Of a DNA stretch of 64,000 nt, positions 58,035-64,000 are shown in pieces. Under the pieces are notes generated by a model. That model saw only the letters and a list, made by a program, of their open reading frames with translations. It had not been told where the DNA came from and ran no database searches. The position numbers and the translations under genes are program-made. This DNA is from an uncultured delta proteobacterium (lineage in GTDB: Bacteria; Myxococcota_A; Polyangia; Fen-1088): positions 1,344,001 to 1,408,000 of the forward strand of contig CAVYGB010000010.1 in NCBI GenBank assembly GCA_963767925.1. Reading direction: 5' to 3'. Within the stretch, counting starts at the first letter, position 1; each line of letters starts with the position of its first letter.

Positions 58035-61000
58035 CTATTGCACGGGGCCCCCGTCGGGGCCGCCGGAGCTGGGGAGACAGGCGCCGGCGTTTGGCGCGAC
58101 TGGGGCGCAGAACATCCCGGTCGGGCAGCTCGGGTCGACGCAATGGCTGCGGCAGCGACGGCCGTCGCTGCCGTCGAGGCAGCTCAGCCCCGGGGCGCAG
58201 TCGCCCGGGAGGTCGCAGGCGGCGCCGAGGGGCGACGAGCCGCTGGGGAGGCAGATCGTCGATCCGGGCTGGAGGTAACAGGCCTGCTCGCTGCCGGCGC
58301 ACCCGGTCTGGGCGATGACGTTGCAGCCGGTCTGGCTGTCCGAGGGGGCGCAATACCCGACCCAGGTCGACGGGTGGGTCGATCGACAGATGGTCTCGGA
58401 GGGGCACGAGGGGCTGCGGGTGTCGCAGTAGCGCCGGCACACCGTCCCGTCGTTGTCGGAGAAGCAGCCCGAGCCGGGGCTGCATTCGGCGCTGACATCG
58501 CAGGGCTGCCCGAGGCTGCCAATGCCGGCGGGCCCGCAGGCGTGGGCGCCGGCGGCGCTAACCTGGCAGTAGTCGTCGGCCGGACAGCCGGTGAGCAGCA
58601 CCGGGTCGCAGCCGGGCGCCGGGCCACACAGCCCCAGCGCGGCGTTGCCAGGGGCGACCTGGCAGTAGGGCGTCTCCCCCGGACAGGTGGTGGCCCCGGC
58701 GGCGCAGATCTTCTGGCAGCGCCCGGCGTGGCACTGGCTGCCCGGACTGCAGCTCGCGTCGGAGGCGCAGTCCGCCCCCTGGCCGCCGCTGCCCGCGGGG
58801 GCGCAGGTGGCCACGTCGCCGGGGCCGCGCAGAAAGCAACCGGTGCCGCTGGTGCAGCCGCTCTGCAGGAGCGGATCGCAGGAAGGCCCCGGGGCGGTGG
58901 CGTCGAGGCGAACGCGATAGAGCCCGTCGCTCGAGCCCTGCCCGGCCACCACGAACATCACGGTCTCGCCGAGGACCGCGAAGGTGTCGAGCACGCCCGG
59001 CTGCAGGACCCGGGGTGGGTAGCTCTTGCCGTCGTAGACGCGCAGGGTGGCCCCGCCGCCGAGGGCGGCCGTGCGGGTGACGCCGCCGCCGCGGTAGGAA
59101 GTTTGGGCGAACACCAGGGCGCCCGAAGCGGTGAACGCCATGCGTGGCGAGGCGTCGCCGAGCGGCAGGAACGGGCCGGCGCCCGGCACGAGGGGCGAGA
59201 AGGAGAGCCCGGCCTGCTCCCCCGCGACGACCGCCATCTTGTCGCCAGCCAGGGAGAGCTGGCCGTAGGACCACTCCAGGATCTGGGGGCCGCTCGACAC
59301 CTGGAACAAGCTGCCGTCGCCCAGATTGACCGCCCAGAGCTCGGGGATCTGATCGCCGTTGCTGTCGCGCACCAGCGTCATCCGCCCCGCGGCGGGGGCG
59401 AACAGCACGTATTCGAGGTTGGCCCGGTCGGCCAGGTTCACCCGCTGCGGGTTGGCCGGGTCGGCGATCTTGCCCAACGTGCCGACCCTGTCGACCACGT
59501 CGCTGATGAACAGGAGCTCGCCGGCTCCCGCGGGGGTCCGCCACCAGGCGAAGCCGAAGGTCCCCGGCACCAGATCCCGCACCGTCGGCGTGGCCGAGAC
59601 GCTGGCCACCGCCAGGGTGCCCGGGCCCTCCCCCTCCCCCTCGACGATCCCCCGCCGGAAGGCGAGGAAGCGGGAGTCGGGCGAGAAGCTCAGATCGGTG
59701 TCGAGCGCCTCCTCGCTGATCACGGTCGGGGCGGGCGACCCGCTCGGCAACCCCTGCAGGAAGATGGCCGGCAGGCTGGTCGAGCTGCTGCGGGCGCGCA
59801 GGGCCAGCCAGGCCTCGTCGTCGGAGAACACCGGCTCGGCGATCTCGGCCCAGGTCCGGAACAACGTCTGCACCACCGGCAGCGGGCTGCCCCCATCGAC
59901 CAGCGGGCCCCGCTTCAGGTCGAAGGTCTCGCCCAGATCGCCGCTGGGCTGGAAGTTGCTCAGGCAGGCGGCGAAGCGGCCCCCGCGGCTGAAGGTGCAG
60001 ATCGCGCTGGTGGGGGCCAGCCGGTGTGGCTCGGTCCAGCCCGGGCGCCAGGCCAGGGTCTCGCCCGCCGTGTTGCCCCAGACCAGGGTCCCACGCACGA
60101 AGCCGGGCCGATTGGGCGGGCCGAAGGAGTTGGCGTTCTCCGAGAGCTGGCGGGGCGACACCGGACCGGTCGCCCGGCCGTCGAACACCCACAGCTCGAC
60201 CTGGCCGGTGGGGAGCTGGCCCCCCGGGGTGCGCAGGAAGGCGCAGAAGCCCGAGCCCGGGTCGCAGGCCGCGGGGGCGTGATCACCCTCGATGGGATCG
60301 ATGCCGATGGCCCCGCTGCCGGCCAGCTCGACGGTGCCGGAGACGAGGAGCTCGCCGCCCGCGCGCACGGCCACCGGCGAGCAGGCGCCCTGCCCGTTGC
60401 AGGTGCCGGAGCTGGGGCAGTCCTCGCGGGGATCCTGGCCGGCGGGGACCGGCGTGCAGACTCCCGCCTGCCCGGTCAGGGTGCAGCTCGCGCACAGGCC
60501 CAGGCAGGGAGAATCGCAGCAGATGCCGTCCACGCAGTGCCCGGAGGTGCAGCCGAGCCGACCGCCGCAGGTGGACCCGTTGGCCTGCGGGATCACCGGG
60601 CCGGTGTCGGGCTGCACGTCGGTCGGGCCATCGGACGGCGGGGCATCGGGGACCCCCGCGTCGGGCAGGGGGTCGGGGCCGCTGACGGTGGTGCTGGCCT
60701 GGGCCTGGGTGGTGCGCCCGCGGCCGTCGTCGGCCATCACGATCAGCCGGTAGACCCCGGGCAGGTCGGGCACGAAGGCGGGGGTGCGGGTCTCGCCGTC
60801 GCCGAGCAGGACCGTGCTGCCGGGGGGGCGGGTCAGCTCGTAAGAGAGGGTCAGCCCGTCGCCGTCCTCGTCGCTGGCGGTGATTGTCGCGCGCACCGCC
60901 GTCCCCACCCGCCCGCTCCCGGGCAGGGTCAGGGCCAGCAGGGGCGCGTGGTTCACCTCGGGCGCGAGCGCCAGCACCACCAGCTCGTCCCGCTCCTCGG

Positions 61001-63026
61001 AGGTGCCGTCGCCGACCACGAGCGACAGCCGGTAGCTGCCGGGCGCCGCCGGGCGGAAGCGGGGCAGGAGGGCGTCGCCGTCGAGGATCTCGACGGTGGC
61101 GCCGGCCGCGTCGCGGGCGGTCCAGGCGAAGCTGAGGGTGTCGCCGTCGGGATCGGAGGCGCTGGCCAGGGGCACCACCTGGCCGCCGACGGTGGTTGTC
61201 AGATCGGGGCCGGCCGAGATCTGGGGGGGCGACTTTCCGCTACGGGCCAGCTCGGAGTCGACAACCTCGATGGTGAACTCGGCGGTGACGGTCTCGGGCG
61301 GCTCGGCCGCCTGGAGGACGGGGGCGGGCGGGTCCACCCCGAACAGGCGGCGCCACCAGGGCAGCGGCGCCGGCGGGAGCTGGGCCGCCGGGCGCCCCAG
61401 GTCGGCGACCTGGGCCCGCACGCGGTGCAGGCCCGGGGTGAGGCCGTTGGTGTCGAGACCCGGCCCGTTGCCCAGCATGCCGTCGCGCGAGGAGATCCAC
61501 CGGATCCCCGAGGAGAGGTCGCCGTCCTCGACGTCGGCCGCGGCGGCGCGCAGCTTCAGGAACTGGCCACGCACCAGGCGGCCGCCCTCGCCGCCCCCGA
61601 CGGCGGTGCCGCCCACCGAGAGGATGGGAGAGCGGTTGTCACCGAGGGGCATGACCTCGACGCCGCGGCGGTCGAGGTTGTCCTCGGCGTTGGTCTCGAC
61701 GAGCTGCCGGGTGGAGTCGGCCCGGGCCACGATGTACAGGTTGCCGTCCTGCGGGGGGGTGATCTCGGTGCGGCGCACGGCCCGCCCGCCCGCCTTGACG
61801 CCGTCGACGGTGAGGGTGCGGACCTCCCCCAGGCCACCTTCGGTGCGGCCGTCGCGGGAGAGCACGACGTCGATCTTGAAGGGGTCGGTGTCGACGCTGC
61901 CCAGGTTCTCCACCTCCACCTCGACCGGCATGGGCTGGCGGCGGCGGGCGGCGCCGGCGGCCGGGGGCCGCACCCGCACCCGCACGTTGGCCGCGGCGGG
62001 GGCCGCGCTGGCCTGGAACCACTGGCAGCGCAGCTCCGACTCGAGGTCGGCCCCCGGGAACACCGGGCGCACGCAGACGTAGTGCTCGCCGGCGCGCACG
62101 CTGATGGCCAGGCTGCGCGCGCTCGGGGCCACCCGCTGGCTGGGGCGGGTCGTGTTCACCCCCACCTCGAAGGCCAGCAGTCGATTTTCGCTGTCCTGCA
62201 CCCCCCAGGTCACCATGGCGTCGCCGTTGCTGTCGGGGGTGCCGATCACCAGGCTGGAGACAACGGGGGCGACGTGGCCGTCGTCGTCGCGCCGCTCGGC
62301 GGCCGCCGTCACCTGCTGGGGCTGCACCATCACCCCCGCCCGGCGCACGCCCGAGGTGGAGACAACGCGCGAGCGGGTGCGCACCGAGCTGCCGGTGGCC
62401 GGGCGCGCGCCGTCGACCTTGAGGGCCAGCAGGGTGGCGGGCAGCGGCGAGCGGTACATGTGGAAGCGCGCGCTGGCCATGCCGGCGGCGTCGAGCACCG
62501 GCGAGAAGACGATCTCGGGGAGGTTCTCGGTCCGGGCCCGGGCCGAGACGCCGGCCAGGTCGGCCTCGCCGAGGTACTCGTCGTCGAACACCTTCTGGCT
62601 GACCCGCACCGCCCGGCCGGGCACGTCGGCGGTGGAGGCGGTGAGCGGCACCGTGCGCTGTCCGCCCCGCTGGACGCGCACCAGCGCCGGCCGGTAGCCC
62701 TCGGCGTCCTTGCTGACGCGGACGAAGAAGCCGTCGTCGTCCTCCTCCTCGGGGAGGGCCTCGATTTTGGCGCCCTCCACCGGCTTCTGGGTGTCGGCAT
62801 CGATGAGGAAGACGTCGGCGAACACGCTGGCGCTCGACGCGATCCGGGCCTGGCCGCGGGCGTTCGTCGCGGCGGTCAACATCTGGCCCCGCCGCACCGG
62901 CAGCGATGTGTCCTCGGGACCGACACTGCCGTCCCGCGGACCGGGCTTGCCACTGCCCCCGCAGCTCAGCGAGGCGCCCAGCGCCGCCACCACCCACAAC
63001 CACCCCGGCCGGCCAAGAGAAGGCAT
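58035..63026 (-). CDS. giant multidomain surface lipoprotein (CARDB, PKD/Ig-like, TolB-like propeller, Cys-rich repeats)
   Basis: SLSC lipobox; VEVENLG...ADSTRQLVETNAEDN (CARDB); ASDPDGDTLSFAW Ig-like units; FSPDSRFLAF; three C-terminal Cys-rich repeats. Confidence 0.82.
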   Translation of the reverse strand: MPSLGRPGWLWVVAALGASLSCGGSGKPGPRDGSVGPEDTSLPVRRGQMLTAATNARGQARIASSASVFADVFLIDADTQKPVEGAKIEALPEEEDDDGFFVRVSKDAEGYRPALVRVQRGGQRTVPLTASTADVPGRAVRVSQKVFDDEYLGEADLAGVSARARTENLPEIVFSPVLDAAGMASARFHMYRSPLPATLLALKVDGARPATGSSVRTRSRVVSTSGVRRAGVMVQPQQVTAAAERRDDDGHVAPVVSSLVIGTPDSNGDAMVTWGVQDSENRLLAFEVGVNTTRPSQRVAPSARSLAISVRAGEHYVCVRPVFPGADLESELRCQWFQASAAPAAANVRVRVRPPAAGAARRRQPMPVEVEVENLGSVDTDPFKIDVVLSRDGRTEGGLGEVRTLTVDGVKAGGRAVRRTEITPPQDGNLYIVARADSTRQLVETNAEDNLDRRGVEVMPLGDNRSPILSVGGTAVGGGEGGRLVRGQFLKLRAAAADVEDGDLSSGIRWISSRDGMLGNGPGLDTNGLTPGLHRVRAQVADLGRPAAQLPPAPLPWWRRLFGVDPPAPVLQAAEPPETVTAEFTIEVVDSELARSGKSPPQISAGPDLTTTVGGQVVPLASASDPDGDTLSFAWTARDAAGATVEILDGDALLPRFRPAAPGSYRLSLVVGDGTSEERDELVVLALAPEVNHAPLLALTLPGSGRVGTAVRATITASDEDGDGLTLSYELTRPPGSTVLLGDGETRTPAFVPDLPGVYRLIVMADDGRGRTTQAQASTTVSGPDPLPDAGVPDAPPSDGPTDVQPDTGPVIPQANGSTCGGRLGCTSGHCVDGICCDSPCLGLCASCTLTGQAGVCTPVPAGQDPREDCPSSGTCNGQGACSPVAVRAGGELLVSGTVELAGSGAIGIDPIEGDHAPAACDPGSGFCAFLRTPGGQLPTGQVELWVFDGRATGPVSPRQLSENANSFGPPNRPGFVRGTLVWGNTAGETLAWRPGWTEPHRLAPTSAICTFSRGGRFAACLSNFQPSGDLGETFDLKRGPLVDGGSPLPVVQTLFRTWAEIAEPVFSDDEAWLALRARSSSTSLPAIFLQGLPSGSPAPTVISEEALDTDLSFSPDSRFLAFRRGIVEGEGEGPGTLAVASVSATPTVRDLVPGTFGFAWWRTPAGAGELLFISDVVDRVGTLGKIADPANPQRVNLADRANLEYVLFAPAAGRMTLVRDSNGDQIPELWAVNLGDGSLFQVSSGPQILEWSYGQLSLAGDKMAVVAGEQAGLSFSPLVPGAGPFLPLGDASPRMAFTASGALVFAQTSYRGGGVTRTAALGGGATLRVYDGKSYPPRVLQPGVLDTFAVLGETVMFVVAGQGSSDGLYRVRLDATAPGPSCDPLLQSGCTSGTGCFLRGPGDVATCAPAGSGGQGADCASDASCSPGSQCHAGRCQKICAAGATTCPGETPYCQVAPGNAALGLCGPAPGCDPVLLTGCPADDYCQVSAAGAHACGPAGIGSLGQPCDVSAECSPGSGCFSDNDGTVCRRYCDTRSPSCPSETICRSTHPSTWVGYCAPSDSQTGCNVIAQTGCAGSEQACYLQPGSTICLPSGSSPLGAACDLPGDCAPGLSCLDGSDGRRCRSHCVDPSCPTGMFCAPVAPNAGACLPSSGGPDGGPVQ

Positions 63027-63111
63027 TGCAGAGTCACCATCTCGGCGCGATTGCGAGACAAGTTGAGGACCCTCCGCCCGGTCGGGCCGCGCCGCCCGGG
63101 TGCGGGCGGAC

Positions 63112-64000
63112 CTACCCCCACCAGCGCGACAGCTTCAGCAGCAACGTGTCGGCGGCGGGGCCGCGGCGCAGGGCCCCCAGGTCGAGGCGGGGACCGGCCT
63201 CGAAGGGGTCGGGCGGGCGGGCGTTCTGCACCCGGGTGTAGACCAGGAACAGCGTCGAGCCGAGGCGGTACTCCCAGCGCAGGACCACGTTGACGTTGAG
63301 GATCGCCTGTCGCAGCCGGGGATCGTCGACCGGGGTGGCGGGGGTGACCAGGTCGCGCAGCCGGACCCGGGCCCTGGTCCCCGGCGGGGCGGGGGCGACG
63401 CCCCAGGTGCTGTCGTGGTCGGCGCGGGCCAGGAAGAGCTGCAGGTAGCTCTGCAAGGTGAGCCGGGGGGTGAAGGTGTATGTGCCCCGCACGGTGCTCC
63501 CCACCGCGGCGGCGTCGAGGCGGCCGAACACCTGCTCTCCGGTGGGGCCGGGGCCCACGTAGCGGGGCTGGCCCCGGCTGAAGGTGACCTCGGGCAGCAC
63601 CTCGAAGTCGAGCTGGGGCAGGGCCCGCACCAGCACCCGCCCGGTGGCCGTCACGTCGCCCCCCTCGCTGTGGCGGGCGACGCTGCCGTCGAGGCCGACC
63701 TGCACCTCGCGCCGGGGGTCGGTGGCCAGGCCGAGCACGAGCCCGTGGGCCGGCAGCAGCTCGAGGCTGGTGCCGTCGCCCACCTCCCGGTCGTCGAAGC
63801 GGCTCGGCCGGTACTGGTAGGTGAGGAAGGCGTCCCAGAAGTTGCGCAGCTTCCAGCGGGTGCCAAATTCGACCTGCTGGTGCAGGCGCAGGCCGTCGAG
63901 GTTGGCCCCCCGCACGAAGCCGGGGCCGGTGCGGGTCTCGAGCACCTGCCAGAAGGGGCGGGTGGTGCGGTAGGCGACCGACCCGCCCAGCCAGAAGTCA
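63112..64000 (-). CDS. C-terminal part of a DUF5916-type outer-membrane beta-barrel protein (start lies beyond the window)
   Basis: YTFTPRLTLQSYLQLF and NVNVVLRWEYRLGSTLFLVYT...LLLKLSRWW ending. Confidence 0.8.
   Translation of the reverse strand, partial: DFWLGGSVAYRTTRPFWQVLETRTGPGFVRGANLDGLRLHQQVEFGTRWKLRNFWDAFLTYQYRPSRFDDREVGDGTSLELLPAHGLVLGLATDPRREVQVGLDGSVARHSEGGDVTATGRVLVRALPQLDFEVLPEVTFSRGQPRYVGPGPTGEQVFGRLDAAAVGSTVRGTYTFTPRLTLQSYLQLFLARADHDSTWGVAPAPPGTRARVRLRDLVTPATPVDDPRLRQAILNVNVVLRWEYRLGSTLFLVYTRVQNARPPDPFEAGPRLDLGALRRGPAADTLLLKLSRWWG

Noticed and set aside
58038..63293. 1751-aa plus-strand ORF and other long antisense ORFs (e.g. 2962-5301, 9363-11654, 45103-47667)
   Set aside because: They lie opposite well-supported genes and have no motifs; long stop-free shadow frames are expected in very GC-rich DNA.

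Overview
Very GC-rich, gene-dense bacterial chromosomal segment. The gene content (MYXO-CTERM-like signal, many Pro/Gly-rich lipoproteins, a Hanks Ser/Thr kinase, a vWA lipoprotein, a DUF1592/DUF1552 pair, Cys-rich surface proteins) points to Myxococcota; this taxonomy is inference. There are about 45 protein-coding genes. I found no rRNA, tRNA, CRISPR array, integrase or transposase. Main candidates for undescribed biology: (1) a PadR operon whose partner gene joins a permease-prefix/HAAS-like cytoplasmic domain to a TonB-type C-terminal domain, followed by an ExbB/TolQ/MotA gene with no ExbD; the same 15-bp palindrome (TTCTAC-N3-GTAGAA) precedes both padR and exbB. (2) A purple-acid-phosphatase ORF that continues past a MYXO-CTERM-like anchor into a second signal peptide and a TPR domain (possible polyprotein). 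(3) An orphan MinC C-terminal domain carrying a TPR-like N-terminus. (4) A membrane protein/wHTH/uppS cassette with two ACTTT-N7-AAAGT boxes and an in-frame TGA in the regulator. (5) A hidden pair of tandem paralogous membrane-anchored proteins. A family of REP/MITE-like GC-rich hairpins is dispersed through the window. The RND efflux operon (33-39 kb) carries about a dozen single-base frameshifts that look like assembly errors, so fusions and breaks elsewhere also need read-level confirmation. All family assignments come from motif recognition by eye, not from database searches.
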